Source of the DNA: an uncultured virus (IMG/VR IMGVR_UViG_3300021960_000038)
Lineage: Duplodnaviria; Heunggongvirae; Uroviricota; Caudoviricetes
Reading direction: 5' to 3' (one strand)
Length of the DNA stretch: 64,000 nt
IMG/VR virus record: IMGVR_UViG_3300021960_000038
In this document: positions 17,501 to 26,934 of the stretch, one piece after another
Position numbering within the stretch: position 1 is the stretch's first letter
Layout: each line of letters begins with the position of its first letter
Made by a program: the position numbers and the translations under genes
The notes under the pieces: generated by a model
What the model was told of the DNA's origin: nothing
The model's database searches: none
The model's input: only the letters and a program-made list of their open reading frames with translations

Positions 17501-18256
17501 ACCTGGAGCATTCTCATTAGAACTTCCTTGTGCGTTATCAAGTAATGAAGAATCGTTAGCACTTGAGACTAATGATTCTGTTACATCTAAACCAACTCTA
17601 TAAGAAGGTCTGGGTGAATACTTCTCTAGAATGACTGTTTGTGCGTCAACCTTAACGAAGAATCCACGAACATAAACAATACCCTCAGATATTGCTGCTG
17701 CAGAACCTCTTCCTGTTGGAACTTTATCTTCAGACTCTACTTGAAATTGATTGTTGTTAGAAGCAGAAGTAATTGAACCATCAGATCCTACTGCTACTTC
17801 ACTCAACACTTCTAATGCATCGAAGACTCTAGAGTTATCTGCATCTGTACCTGCTGCAAGGTACTTAACAAAGAGAGTCAGTGAGTCGTCTGTTGTTTCT
17901 GCTGTAGAGTTAACAACTTTTGCGACGACTCCTGTAGTTCCACCTTGTAAATACTTATCGTGGAAACTTTCTCTATAGGTTTCAACATCAGCAGTACCTG
18001 CTGACTCTGGATTTGTATTTTTGACTTTGACATAATGGTACTCGAAGTCTGCATCCGATTGTGCTCCAAGAACTATAGACCCTTCTTCAAATATATGATC
18101 ACCAAATCTTTCGATCTGGTTCTGTAATATTGATTGTGCCTGAGTTAATTCCCTTGCTTGTATCGGTCTACCTGCTCTGAACAATACACGATGAAACTTT
18201 TTACTTTCGTTAAAGTCATCGTAATATGGCGATACATTTAGATCAGTCTTCTCCAT
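11585..18256 (-). CDS. Large virion structural protein, VrlC/DUF4815-like
   Basis: PYYDDF...VLFRAGRPIQARELTQAQSILQNQIERFG; LARRTYDESGDY; RFKSGFLVDNF; NVNPYNV; DPLAQSF; LFKSQNASTW. Confidence 0.9.
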   Translation of the reverse strand: MEKTDLNVSPYYDDFNESKKFHRVLFRAGRPIQARELTQAQSILQNQIERFGDHIFEEGSIVLGAQSDADFEYHYVKVKNTNPESAGTADVETYRESFHDKYLQGGTTGVVAKVVNSTAETTDDSLTLFVKYLAAGTDADNSRVFDALEVLSEVAVGSDGSITSASNNNQFQVESEDKVPTGRGSAAAISEGIVYVRGFFVKVDAQTVILEKYSPRPSYRVGLDVTESLVSSANDSSLLDNAQGSSNENAPGADRLKVNFTFAKKALDTVVDVNFIELLRVNNGIIENKVSNTNYSEIENTLARRTYDESGDYVVQQFTTSLREHLNDGTNRGYYSNANGGDSTKFVVQVSPGKAYVRGYEIEKTATTPVSVSKARTTQSLTAANTPVRIGNYLKITDVHSEPEFGNESGDDTQAPYNFVKLWDVAVATPGTAPTSNHIGYARVRNFDHLSGTSSTSGSYGIYDQTDNFNLYLFDVKMFTKISYSAKSGTFTAGDQVRNADGTKSGIVAHDTSSNLYIHDVVGNWDDSDSVTSYGSGSGSITAGQNTATRNYNIDRVRGVSQVPKNTSRETFTADVVTDNDYVLVGTVSLTSGSTAVTGFGTLFSSELKEGDILVDSAGNERIVSSIASDTSLTLTANAGSTQTGNITRRRTKIYNQEQTVAIAAWARDYVSSHTPDQVSVRRQVVDTVTSQQIAITTQTGETFDSITADNFIVAVVEEQSGGNLLNGDIIDIHDNTNNITTSITTSGSQQTLTISGFDAADDGAILKVTYTVDINSPVNRDKNLKSARVLKVGSARSAGGFYGTAYDDKEITLGVSDAFKLRAIYEGVDGNDATAPSFTITQTTATGFDQGEVIVGQTSGARGVMINYGGTGNTSYFYLTSTTAFSDGESIIGSTSTAAGTLGSIDAGSKVITNNYFFDDGQRDGFYDLAKIVRKPGAPAPVSPIMVVFDYFTSSGSGDFYDVNSYSGVDYDEIPQYISNRVDPESLEPDGEYELRDSVDFRPSLGQILGTTTFSATTPDPSSPVDLSNSTSGAVRAPFYYENKSFEASTSGVTASGASIVDMLVPGSNVVGDITFYVGRIDKIFLHQTGLLQVVHGTPSLSPTRPSPVDNAIELFELSLKPYTETLDDVVIRSKDHRRYTMKDIGRLADRVKNLERVTTLSLLEKDTQSMQILDGDGFDRFKSGFLVDNFRGHGIGDVNHPDYKVAVDAENGHLRPMSVTNFFDISLDTTTSANYTKTGDLIHLPFSEVPFVNQSKASKAINVNPYNVFAFTGTLNLSPGTDVWNDTQTLPEIRVNREGNFDTVLAGVGNSLGTVWNNWQTSWVGQPNNTGTETVSNRAGAWEGTPGQGGTWVPGSRTTRTITETPETQTRSGIRTSVVEEFTEDRNTRTVGISIIPFIRSRDITVTGDGLKPNTFHYVYFDGIDVDSFCTPSSATYSQSGSASLGAGVKTDRSGDISFTFSIPNSSAQRFPTGERVLTVISDPNGQIDADSKAQATYSARGLLQSNQTTVVATRNGRVIQEQTSGNRTITRRGEELNAVQFDLTAPTIPTPIPTVTIPSPVIAPALIPTPPAPPVPARVEPILPIRQFPEIQNPGNPRIPGNLRIQMMDGGWRDPLAQSFMVVADGGMFLSSVDVYFKTKDDSLPVNVEIRNMVNGYPGQIVLPFSSVSKKPSAVNTSANGATATTFTFESPVYVENNTEYCVVVLSNSNEYEVFVSEMGGTDLITQEVITDQPYAGVLFKSQNASTWSAEQLEDLKFKLNQCKFDTSQKGTVRFNNDALDSTRLGASPISFISGNSKVKVSHYSHGMYDASGNVTLSGITGDRTDSVLSITNPSAVGSGSLPADGTYDDIATTTSGSGTGATVKVVVASSAISSWEIKNPGSGYDAADTLTVTNFGSATNSTTFAIDTVGDTLGGFPIAALNTTFTALTDIEIDSYTVTPSLSAYDLVGGAIETSRGGGASVLATQDYYFDTLHTMIPSLTFKDTYMLCNVRTTPAKSPEGVINGTQYTRGSVSNYIALNDNVFFSDGQMVASGINENNEMSNAKSFTLQLSLQSLNPNLSPIIDVSTIGCLAIHNRINNVDSSSDVGSYSTYFDSTEAEGDNNAMVYITKRVNLKTPATAIKVMADIFRNSTNDVKLMFKVLRNDESLPFDEIGWTYFNTDGSPDITVEADSRNFKEYEYTVNNLAEFTAFAIKIVGQGTKTTEIPIVQNFRAIALAT

Positions 18257-18269
18257 TATGCTTCCTCAA

Positions 18270-19739
18270 TTACATCTCTATGATTAGTTTAATATCTTCG
18301 ATTTGGTCTGCTGCTCTTGATACAGCACCTCTATTCTCAATGTAAGTTACTTGACCTGAGTATCTTTGAACTTCAGGGAATCCTGAAGTGACAGAGGATA
18401 TAGTTCCAACTGATGCACCACTTACATATACAGTATCTGCTGCACTGAATGATTCCAATGTACCATCACTGTTTACAACAGGAAGGTAAGATACTTCTAA
18501 AGTTGATGAATTCCATGAAACGACTCGCCCTTTTGCTACACCGACACCATCTGAACTTGCGTCTGTAATGATATCGTCAACTGAAACAGATCCACCTGAA
18601 TTAAAGATGAATTTGTTGACTGCGGATAAAGTTGTTGCTGTAGCAACTGTAGTTGTACCAGCATCAAATGGGTCAACTACTAGACCTATTCTTCTAAAGT
18701 CATTATCAGTTGGGAAGTCACCAGATCCTTCAGCATACTCTAAACGAGCATTTAGAATGACATAGTTTCCACCCAATTCTGTTACAGGGTCTGCCCCATG
18801 ACCATAGATTGGTGAAATGATAGGTGTTAATGTTAATGTACCTGAATTAGTACCCACACCTGACATGTCAGCAAGGTTTAACTGAGCATTTTTATATCCT
18901 GTGCCATTAGTAGTCATAGTGACATGAGTGATCGCACCACCTGCTACTGTTACTGTACATTCTGCGTCAGTACCAGAACCATTGTCACCTTTAACTGCGA
19001 CACTTGTATAAGTTCCGTTGTTTAAACCTGCTCCACCTGAGTCAACAGCAATGTGAAGGATTGCTCCATCCACTGCGTCGTTCTCAACATCCCATTGTGC
19101 TGAACTGTCGTCAGAAGCAGCAGATCCTATTGCAGCACTGTCACCGATTACTTCAGTTTGAGCACCAATAGTTTTTACTGGGATAAAGTCATTTGTTACG
19201 AATTTGATAACATCAGATGCTGTAATACTGTACATGTATTTCCAAAGATATCCTCTACCTGATGCAGCACTTGAATCTGAAGTAGCAACCAAAGAAGAAC
19301 TTGAAGTTCCTGTTGGTTTTACATCAGATGCTACAGGGTTACCAGAGGAATCTCTTCCTGTTCTGATACATTTGTATACATTATAGTCATCTGTGATAAC
19401 ATGAAATCTCGAATCGTATAGATTCGTTGCACCTGATGGTGCTGAGTTTGATGAGGAATAGTCATGACGATATTCGTCATAAATTGTTCCACTAGTCCAG
19501 TCTCTTCGGACAATACCATGCGATACATCGGACGAGGTGATTTTCTTCAAAGCAACCATGTCATCATATGCATCGATCTCATTGGAATTATTATCCACTG
19601 GTGTTTCGACTGTATCGTCGGTTCCCCATAACCATGGGCGACCGATAAACATGTATGTGCTAGAAGCAGATTCACCGAAGTCCTCTTTGAATTGGCGAGC
19701 ATTGTTCAAACGAAACTTCTCTGTGATAATTGCAGCCAT
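18270..19739 (-). CDS. gp8: Baseplate wedge subunit gp8
   Basis: MAAIITEKFRLNNA, RRDWTSG, YNVYKC, GYLWKYMY, GHGADPVTELGG, DFRRIGLV, QIEDIKLIIEM. Confidence 0.92.
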   Translation of the reverse strand: MAAIITEKFRLNNARQFKEDFGESASSTYMFIGRPWLWGTDDTVETPVDNNSNEIDAYDDMVALKKITSSDVSHGIVRRDWTSGTIYDEYRHDYSSSNSAPSGATNLYDSRFHVITDDYNVYKCIRTGRDSSGNPVASDVKPTGTSSSSLVATSDSSAASGRGYLWKYMYSITASDVIKFVTNDFIPVKTIGAQTEVIGDSAAIGSAASDDSSAQWDVENDAVDGAILHIAVDSGGAGLNNGTYTSVAVKGDNGSGTDAECTVTVAGGAITHVTMTTNGTGYKNAQLNLADMSGVGTNSGTLTLTPIISPIYGHGADPVTELGGNYVILNARLEYAEGSGDFPTDNDFRRIGLVVDPFDAGTTTVATATTLSAVNKFIFNSGGSVSVDDIITDASSDGVGVAKGRVVSWNSSTLEVSYLPVVNSDGTLESFSAADTVYVSGASVGTISSVTSGFPEVQRYSGQVTYIENRGAVSRAADQIEDIKLIIEM

Positions 19740-19768
19740 TTTTTGCTCCTAAAATTTAATTGTTATAC

Positions 19769-19776
19769 TATTTATA
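19769..19776 (-). promoter_or_regulatory. T4-type late promoter
   Basis: Exact TATAAATA upstream of gp8. Confidence 0.8.
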
Positions 19777-19777
19777 C

Positions 19778-22700
19778 TCATTCACCAGACACAACATGTG
19801 CTGACAATGAAAAATTAGTCTTATTCTTATAATGCTCTTCAAACGATCCAATCGTCCAATTAGCATAGGTTGTAGATACATCAGCAATACGCAATCCTTC
19901 AGAGTTTGAACTCTCAGACATCAGCGATCCTGCTTGATCTTCTAATAAAATATTATCTTCACTTTCATCTACGATGTAGTAAGATATATCATAAACTTGT
20001 TGTCGTGATACTAGTTCCAGTGTACGCAGGGTTGGACCCACACGAACAAAAGTAATGAGTGTATCACCACCATGTTCCATGATAATTCCATCACCATCTT
20101 CGGTAACGATTTTATCATAGTTCTCATGCTTTAAGTATTTAGAGGTTTCAAAAGTCCTCTCTGTTACAAAGTATTCTTGCACCTCTGTAACTGTTGCTGT
20201 TTCTAATCCTAAGTAACTTCCATCTTCTAATATGATCTCATCACCATTTTCTGCATAGATATCAGCAGGTGGTAATATAGTTGAAGTTGTGATTAGATTT
20301 GAATTGTTGTTAGCATTAATGGTTCTTTCATATCTCATTCTACCTTGTTCTTCTTCTGGAAGTAGATAGTTACCATCTTCTAATAACATTCTCTCTTCTT
20401 CGAACATAGCAGATTGTATGACTTTACCATTGGCTGGTGCTCTTTGTGTATTCCTTGTAAGGTATCCAGAGTCGCCATAATCTATGCGTAAAGTTGTTGC
20501 TGTTCCTGAGTCTTGATCTATTCTTGTACCCACTTGTGCTGATGCTGTAGCAATAGATTGAATAATCTGAATATTTACATGACGATTACGCATTCCAGAA
20601 TCACCATACTCAGTTCCAGGTTCAGTGATAGATCCATCAGTTCGTGGATCAGTATCAGCATTAGGTGCACCTGCTGGTTGTAGCACTGGACTTTCGTCAG
20701 ATACATCGGCAGCAAGAGTTGGGAACTGAATAAGAATATCGTGCTTAGCATGCATTCTTGCTTCTGCTTCTACGATTCTTCGATAGAAGTCATCGGTATC
20801 TTCAACAATATCTGTACCGACTACAAACCCTTGTCCTGTGACTTGATCGTATACTGTAGATCCTTCTTGATAGTATCTTTCTGCTCTGAGCAGTCCGTCT
20901 TCATTTTCCAGTCCGATAGAGTACTCATTATCTATGCCTAATGCATCCCATGTATAATCTTCGTAGATAATACCAAGAGCATCAACTTTAGAACCAATGT
21001 AAAGTGTAGGTACAAAGGATCTTGAGACATTCGTGCCATCAAAGACTCTATTGTAAATAGTTGCTTGTGCATTAATGTCAGATCGTATTGCTACTTCACC
21101 AAAGAAGATATGTCCTGTAGGATGTACAAGATCTTTAACGATACTTCTCCATCGGTTAATGGACTCACCAATCTTCACTACATAAGAATGCGTTTGATAA
21201 TAGAGAGAGTCATGTATTGCCATACCAGAGGCATCGGTGTAACCATAATCATTGAGGAAGTTACCATCAATGCGTGTTTCACCTACAAGTTGACCTCTAG
21301 CATTCAAAGGACGGAACTTAGCAACTTTGAGTGACTCTGTGCTAGAGAATGTACAGGTCTCACCTTCTAAGAATGGACCTGATAAATTTTTAACTTTTAA
21401 AATATGTCGATTAGAATTATAATCAACAATCGTTGCTGTTACACCTGAGATATCACCTGACAGTGTACCATCTCTTGGAGGTGTATCGGATGGAGTAGTA
21501 ACCAACATGGTGATAATAGTATCTTCATCATCGATGATACCTCTCTCATCGTACTTATTACCAGCATCCTGCATACGCAATGATGCTATACCACCAATGT
21601 TATCACCATAGGTAAGTAGAATCGCTCCCTCACCTGAAGTTACATTGTGTGTAATAATGGTTGCGGTGGTACTTGAAGTTCCACCTGTAATCGTATCGTT
21701 GGAACTAAATGCTCCTGTATCGGAACTTCTTCTTCCGATCGTCAATCTATTCAGATCGGTATCTACACCGATGATTAAACCTGTAGCACTGGCAGATGAA
21801 CCTGTAATGATCTCACCTTTTTGAAAACCAGTGACATCATTGAAATACATGAATCCACCTGGATATGCTAAAGGTGTAAATTGATATCCATAACCTGGAG
21901 ATGCTACGATGACCTTTCTTATTTCTGTTTGATTCGTATCGAGTCCAAGTACTGTATTATCTTCAAATAATATATTATTGAGATATGCGTAGACTTCTAT
22001 TTTATCATTGAGAGAAGCACCAGAAGAAAGCACGATCTTGTTTACAAATACATTGTAACCTGAAGTCAGTTTAACATCGTTTTGATAAACAATGACTGAC
22101 TCGGCATCAAATGCCATCATCTGATGTAAGTCATCGTGTCCTTCAAATATGGTTTGCCCATTGGTTGCTGTAAATACGAAGTGTCCCCATTGAGTACCAG
22201 ATTCTAATAAGAGTTGATCACCGACCGATTCTATTTCTGCAAAAGCACCTGAACCATTCGTACCAGCATCATCAAATACTACTAGATCTCCTGAAGAATA
22301 ACCTGTGCCTCCGTCCTCGACATAAATCTCAGTGACTCCTCCAGAAGTCAAACCATTGATCTGTGAGGTAGCATCAATCGCATCGTCAGATAAAGCAGAT
22401 GCAAAATTAATTTGGTCTGAGATACTGTACAATGATCCTGCGTTTCCACCTTCTAGATATAATCCTGCTCCGTCTTCGAGTAAAATTCTATCTCCATCAG
22501 CATCGGATAGATAGATAGATGAATGATCTAAATCAACCCCACCTATCACACCACGCACTGTTCCTGTATTGACTGTGTTGTCATCTCTATCTAAAAAGGA
22601 TACACTGTCATCTACCGCAAATGTGCCTAAGTGATTGATAGATATTTCACAACGATAAGCAGTTTCATCTGCTGGATCAAAATAAACATTTTCAATAATC

Positions 22701-23536
22701 GCTTCTGCTTCTATGGTTACACCATCCGCAGAATATCTGATTATTTTTCCATTGTTGGGTGGTTGCCCATTGGGTAGATACACTTGAATCACATTGGGTT
22801 CAACCCAACTAGATTCAGAAGCATGTATGGTATTTTCTATCGGATAGGCAACTTCTGCATCTTGCTGATACAGAATACGCATGAGGAACTCTAATGATTC
22901 TTTCGTTCCTTTGCGTTGGTATAATTCTTTAACATGCTTAATGAGTAGTCGCTTATCTGCTGCCACAGAGAAGTCGATACTTGGCATGAAGTCTTTTTGA
23001 AAGTATGATAGAAAAGATCCAATGGTGGTATCAATATCTGCATACTTTAGAATGTTATTATTTGCAGCGATACTGTTTTCGCTGAAAGTGTTAACAATTG
23101 CTTTTTGTTCTGAGGTTCGACCGACAATGGTCTCTCCAGGATCAAAGGTTCTTGCATTGATTTCTTCAATGTATAACTTATTATCACCTATGACTCGTAT
23201 GGTTGCGAGTGCACCTGAAGATTGCCCATAGATATATTCGCCAGCAGTAAATGCTGTGGCACCTATGGTTGCGTTGTTACTGTTTTGTTCAAAGACTATT
23301 TTTGCTTTGTCTTTGGGTGAGGGTTTAAAAGCAGCATCTTCAAATAATATATTTCCAGTCTCTGCTTCTAATCCTATAAAATCTAATTCTTCTTGCGACT
23401 TGAGAGTCAATACTCCCATCTCAAGATATTCAAAATATGCCTTTAAGAATGCTATTAATTCAGCAGACTCTTCCTGAACGAATCCAGGAAGAAGTCTTGT
23501 TAACTGATTAGATAACTTGTCTACTGAAAAAGGCAT
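19778..23536 (-). CDS. gp7: Baseplate wedge initiator gp7-like
   Basis: LPGFVQEE...FLKAYFEYLE; LYQRKGTKESLEFLMRILY; HDSLYYQTHSYV; VKDLVHPTG; located between gp6 and gp8. Confidence 0.8.
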   Translation of the reverse strand: MPFSVDKLSNQLTRLLPGFVQEESAELIAFLKAYFEYLEMGVLTLKSQEELDFIGLEAETGNILFEDAAFKPSPKDKAKIVFEQNSNNATIGATAFTAGEYIYGQSSGALATIRVIGDNKLYIEEINARTFDPGETIVGRTSEQKAIVNTFSENSIAANNNILKYADIDTTIGSFLSYFQKDFMPSIDFSVAADKRLLIKHVKELYQRKGTKESLEFLMRILYQQDAEVAYPIENTIHASESSWVEPNVIQVYLPNGQPPNNGKIIRYSADGVTIEAEAIIENVYFDPADETAYRCEISINHLGTFAVDDSVSFLDRDDNTVNTGTVRGVIGGVDLDHSSIYLSDADGDRILLEDGAGLYLEGGNAGSLYSISDQINFASALSDDAIDATSQINGLTSGGVTEIYVEDGGTGYSSGDLVVFDDAGTNGSGAFAEIESVGDQLLLESGTQWGHFVFTATNGQTIFEGHDDLHQMMAFDAESVIVYQNDVKLTSGYNVFVNKIVLSSGASLNDKIEVYAYLNNILFEDNTVLGLDTNQTEIRKVIVASPGYGYQFTPLAYPGGFMYFNDVTGFQKGEIITGSSASATGLIIGVDTDLNRLTIGRRSSDTGAFSSNDTITGGTSSTTATIITHNVTSGEGAILLTYGDNIGGIASLRMQDAGNKYDERGIIDDEDTIITMLVTTPSDTPPRDGTLSGDISGVTATIVDYNSNRHILKVKNLSGPFLEGETCTFSSTESLKVAKFRPLNARGQLVGETRIDGNFLNDYGYTDASGMAIHDSLYYQTHSYVVKIGESINRWRSIVKDLVHPTGHIFFGEVAIRSDINAQATIYNRVFDGTNVSRSFVPTLYIGSKVDALGIIYEDYTWDALGIDNEYSIGLENEDGLLRAERYYQEGSTVYDQVTGQGFVVGTDIVEDTDDFYRRIVEAEARMHAKHDILIQFPTLAADVSDESPVLQPAGAPNADTDPRTDGSITEPGTEYGDSGMRNRHVNIQIIQSIATASAQVGTRIDQDSGTATTLRIDYGDSGYLTRNTQRAPANGKVIQSAMFEEERMLLEDGNYLLPEEEQGRMRYERTINANNNSNLITTSTILPPADIYAENGDEIILEDGSYLGLETATVTEVQEYFVTERTFETSKYLKHENYDKIVTEDGDGIIMEHGGDTLITFVRVGPTLRTLELVSRQQVYDISYYIVDESEDNILLEDQAGSLMSESSNSEGLRIADVSTTYANWTIGSFEEHYKNKTNFSLSAHVVSGE

Positions 23537-23545
23537 GGTCGTTTA

Positions 23546-24028
23546 TTATGCTACTGTTGCACCATAAGATGAAACGACATACCACTTGCTTCCATTCCAG
23601 AACAACAATACAAACTCACCAACTGCATCAAATGTGAGTTGGTTAGTTGATGTTGAAGTGGTTCCAAAGTTCGTGACTGTAATTACAGCAGTTGAACTTG
23701 AAGAAGGAGCAGTAGTCATACCAACGATTTTTAATTGACCTGTGTTTGATCCATCGCCCAATGTACCTGTAGCAGTTGTTGATGATGCTGCAGCATTTAA
23801 ATCGAACAGTGTTGTGAACTCTGTGTTTAAATCTGCAGTTGCATTACCTGTGTATGTGGTAAGATCATCAGATGCTAAGAATGTAGGGATATTTTCAAAC
23901 AATTGATTAATTGTCATCTTTTTGTTGACAGGTGTTCCACCTGGATCGTCAACGATATGTAGTAAGTCTGCACCACCGATGTCTGAATTAGACACTTGGG
24001 TCAGAGCAGTAATTTTTTTATCTGCCAT
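23546..24028 (-). CDS. Virion structural protein
   Basis: MADKKITALT...DLLHIVDDP..TP.NKK motif; C-terminal LFWNGSKWYV; GGAG RBS. Confidence 0.7.
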   Translation of the reverse strand: MADKKITALTQVSNSDIGGADLLHIVDDPGGTPVNKKMTINQLFENIPTFLASDDLTTYTGNATADLNTEFTTLFDLNAAASSTTATGTLGDGSNTGQLKIVGMTTAPSSSSTAVITVTNFGTTSTSTNQLTFDAVGEFVLLFWNGSKWYVVSSYGATVA

Positions 24029-24095
24029 TTTTTTCTCCTAAATTAAAATCCTCTTTCGAGGGAAACTACTTGCGGGACTCGCACCACTTTATTCA

Positions 24096-25967
24096 TTATG
24101 AGGAGTACGAAGTGACGGAACTATATCCTACACCAGCACTCGATTCACCACTTGCGATGGTGTCTGCTTCACCTGTCACTGTTATCAAACCTTGTTTAAT
24201 ATCAATGAGTTGCCCTCGAGTCGCAGTTACATCGTAACTGTTTGGGACTATGGTGAAGTAAACTGATTTATCTGTATTAGAAGTATCGGTAATGATAATT
24301 CCATTGATGGTAACTTTCCCTGCTGTGTAATCTATCGAACCTGCTGTAGGATCTGCATAGACACGTGTTGAACCAGAGAAATAATATCTTCGAAGATTTC
24401 CGTTTCCGTCATCATCGAAGAAATAAGTTGTTACACTATCGCCAGATATTTTAAATCCTGTAGACACTAAGATACCACCTGTCGTGCTAGCATGTCCATC
24501 ATGCGGATGATAGAAACCATTACCGAAATTAAGAGTGTATCCTAATGAGGTATTGATAGTTGGTTTGAGTGTCTTTCTAAGTTTAATGGTTGTAACATTG
24601 GAAAGAATAGAATCATCTGTGGCATCTATGCTCTGAGTAAGATTCGAATGTCTAAAGATAGCATCGAATCCATTCAGATTGGTAGTGTCATAGTTTCTTA
24701 TGGTCGTTGTAACGAGAGATTCTAATTCTCCTTTTGATACTGTTGCTGTTCGAGGGTTGTATTTAAATGTAGCATTGATAACTATATCAATGACTTCCGC
24801 ATCAACAATCACAGGTCGAACAGTCAGCATGTTAAGATCTCTAAGTCTTGCCTTGATTAAATCCTTTTCATTCTGTGACAAATAATCTGAATTAATAGGT
24901 TTGATAGATAAGAATATCTTTCCATACTCAGGTGGATCATTATCTTCTCCACCCCATATTGCTATCGCATCTGCGTTAGGATAAAACTCAGTGACCTTTG
25001 CTTTATAGTCATTGAGAGTCACCAAACGATTTTGCGATGAATAAAATTTGGATGCTTTAAATTTAATAGACTCTATGCTTTCATTTTCTGCACCACCATA
25101 AGCAGTGGTCACATTACTGACAATAGCATTAGAGAAACCATTAATCGCATCTACCAGTGAAAATACTTTGGCACCATTCGCATGGACACTGTCCACGACG
25201 ATATAAGTGATAGTGATAATATCACCATCTAAAGGTTTGGCACCAATCGTGTTATCACCAAAATATAATTCTGTAAATCCTTCATCATTTTCTTGTGAAA
25301 AGAAAACCTTAGAAGTTGTTGTAATACTAGAGAGATCCCCTGCTTGCGTCCACCCTGTAGTCACACTGTCGCTGTTCACTGACACTGACAATGAGTTGGA
25401 ATCTACTCTTTCGTTGCTGAGTTTAAACTTGGGATTGGATATTTGACCATCGTATACGAAAGTATCCGTGACATAAGTACCTTGTTTTAAATTAATGTTG
25501 CTGTACAAATAGGTGGATCCATTTTGCGTTGGAGTCACGGATGAAGTCACCACAAAGTTATAAGTGGAACCATCAAACACAGTAGAGAATCGCGATCCTC
25601 GTGTCAGTGTCATTTCACTGAGTGAAGGATAACTCCCTGATGCGTTACGCACATTGAGTAGATTCATTTCAAATTGTGAACTGGCACCTGTATATGAAGT
25701 CGGAACATATCCTAACTCTTTGGCTCTGGATATTACATTCTTACGCAACTGTGCAGTATCTAAAAATAATTCAGATGCTGCGAGGTTGGTATTAAATGCT
25801 GAGATATGTGAATTGTATGCTAATAGATCTATGAGTATAGAAAGAGTTGATCCTTCAAAATCATAATCCTTAAGAGTGCTCTGTCCTTTGAGAAACTCTT
25901 TTAGATTATCTGCAATATTCTCAAAGTCTGTTTCGGTAACATTCAGTGCTGAACTATTTACTGCCAT
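24096..25967 (-). CDS. gp6: Baseplate wedge subunit gp6
   Basis: DYDFEGSTLSILIDLLAYN, FLDTAQLR, SQNRLVT..DY, WGGEDNDPPEYGK. Confidence 0.95.
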   Translation of the reverse strand: MAVNSSALNVTETDFENIADNLKEFLKGQSTLKDYDFEGSTLSILIDLLAYNSHISAFNTNLAASELFLDTAQLRKNVISRAKELGYVPTSYTGASSQFEMNLLNVRNASGSYPSLSEMTLTRGSRFSTVFDGSTYNFVVTSSVTPTQNGSTYLYSNINLKQGTYVTDTFVYDGQISNPKFKLSNERVDSNSLSVSVNSDSVTTGWTQAGDLSSITTTSKVFFSQENDEGFTELYFGDNTIGAKPLDGDIITITYIVVDSVHANGAKVFSLVDAINGFSNAIVSNVTTAYGGAENESIESIKFKASKFYSSQNRLVTLNDYKAKVTEFYPNADAIAIWGGEDNDPPEYGKIFLSIKPINSDYLSQNEKDLIKARLRDLNMLTVRPVIVDAEVIDIVINATFKYNPRTATVSKGELESLVTTTIRNYDTTNLNGFDAIFRHSNLTQSIDATDDSILSNVTTIKLRKTLKPTINTSLGYTLNFGNGFYHPHDGHASTTGGILVSTGFKISGDSVTTYFFDDDGNGNLRRYYFSGSTRVYADPTAGSIDYTAGKVTINGIIITDTSNTDKSVYFTIVPNSYDVTATRGQLIDIKQGLITVTGEADTIASGESSAGVGYSSVTSYSS

Positions 25968-26389
25968 TATCGTATCCTATTTACTACTATATCCAATTGT
26001 TGTGGTCTTGGATCGTTTTTAATTTTGTATTGTATAGTTACATTGAGATCGTTGCTGTCCAATGCATTTTCATTCGCAGTGACTTGAATATCTTCTACAC
26101 GAGGTTCAAAGTTTCGAAGTAGTTTTTGTACACGATCTGCTACTTCTTCCATGAGATCTTCACCTTGTAATTCAAATAATAGAGATCGGATGTTGGCTCC
26201 GATTCCAGGTTTGAAAGGTCTTTCGAAGTTATCTGTGAGCACAAGATTCTTTACTGCTCTGCGTATGGCATCGCTGTCCGTCTTAAGTGAAACATCCTTC
26301 GTGACAGGATTGGAAGTAAACTTCAGATCTAGATCAGTGAAGTATTGCTTCGCGACATTCTTACTTTCGTTGACTATTTCGTTTGCCAT
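25967..26389 (-). CDS. gp25: Baseplate wedge subunit gp25
   Basis: DLDLKF, AIRRAVKNLVLT...ERPF.P..G...LLFE, FEPRV. Confidence 0.93.
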   Translation of the reverse strand: MANEIVNESKNVAKQYFTDLDLKFTSNPVTKDVSLKTDSDAIRRAVKNLVLTDNFERPFKPGIGANIRSLLFELQGEDLMEEVADRVQKLLRNFEPRVEDIQVTANENALDSNDLNVTIQYKIKNDPRPQQLDIVVNRIR

Positions 26390-26394
26390 ATCAG

Positions 26395-26402
26395 TATTTA
26401 TA
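26395..26402 (-). promoter_or_regulatory. T4-type late promoter
   Basis: Exact TATAAATA immediately upstream of gp25. Confidence 0.8.
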
Positions 26403-26934
26403 CTCGGTGTGTTACTTTATTCATCAGATTATACATAAAAACCCATCTATCTTGACTGTTTGCATTCGTAAAGGAATGAAAAGATCGATCATTCCTCAGA
26501 AAGAAGTATCCTTTATTCACAGTCCAAGGATGCTCCCACATTCCATCCCCATCTTGAGACTCATAAAATCTCGTGCCTGCAGAGGACACAGGATCCACAT
26601 AGGTTAAAAATGTTCCTACCTTAGTCGCGTCGTCGGTGTGTATAGGATAAGTCATTCCAGGTGGAGTTCTTTGTAACACTGCTTTAATATCATCAAAGAA
26701 TATCGTAGTCTTTAACAGAGATTCTATGCGTGGTAATATTCCAATAAAATGCGTGTACATATATTCCATGACAGGGCACTTCTCACACCATGGTCGTTTC
26801 CAATATTCAAATTCAATCTGATGCCTTTCATTCTGTTCCTTTGCCATATATCCTTTGAGTGTCTCGAATATATCGGGAGCAAAGAAATTATTAAATTCAA
26901 TCAGAGGGATCGGACTATTTGGGTTTAGATACAT
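26398..26934 (-). CDS. 2OG-Fe(II) oxygenase-like protein
   Basis: YPIHTD, GTRFY, SFHSF...RW.FMYN facial-triad pattern; start taken at MYLNP. Confidence 0.75.
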   Translation of the reverse strand: MYLNPNSPIPLIEFNNFFAPDIFETLKGYMAKEQNERHQIEFEYWKRPWCEKCPVMEYMYTHFIGILPRIESLLKTTIFFDDIKAVLQRTPPGMTYPIHTDDATKVGTFLTYVDPVSSAGTRFYESQDGDGMWEHPWTVNKGYFFLRNDRSFHSFTNANSQDRWVFMYNLMNKVTHRV

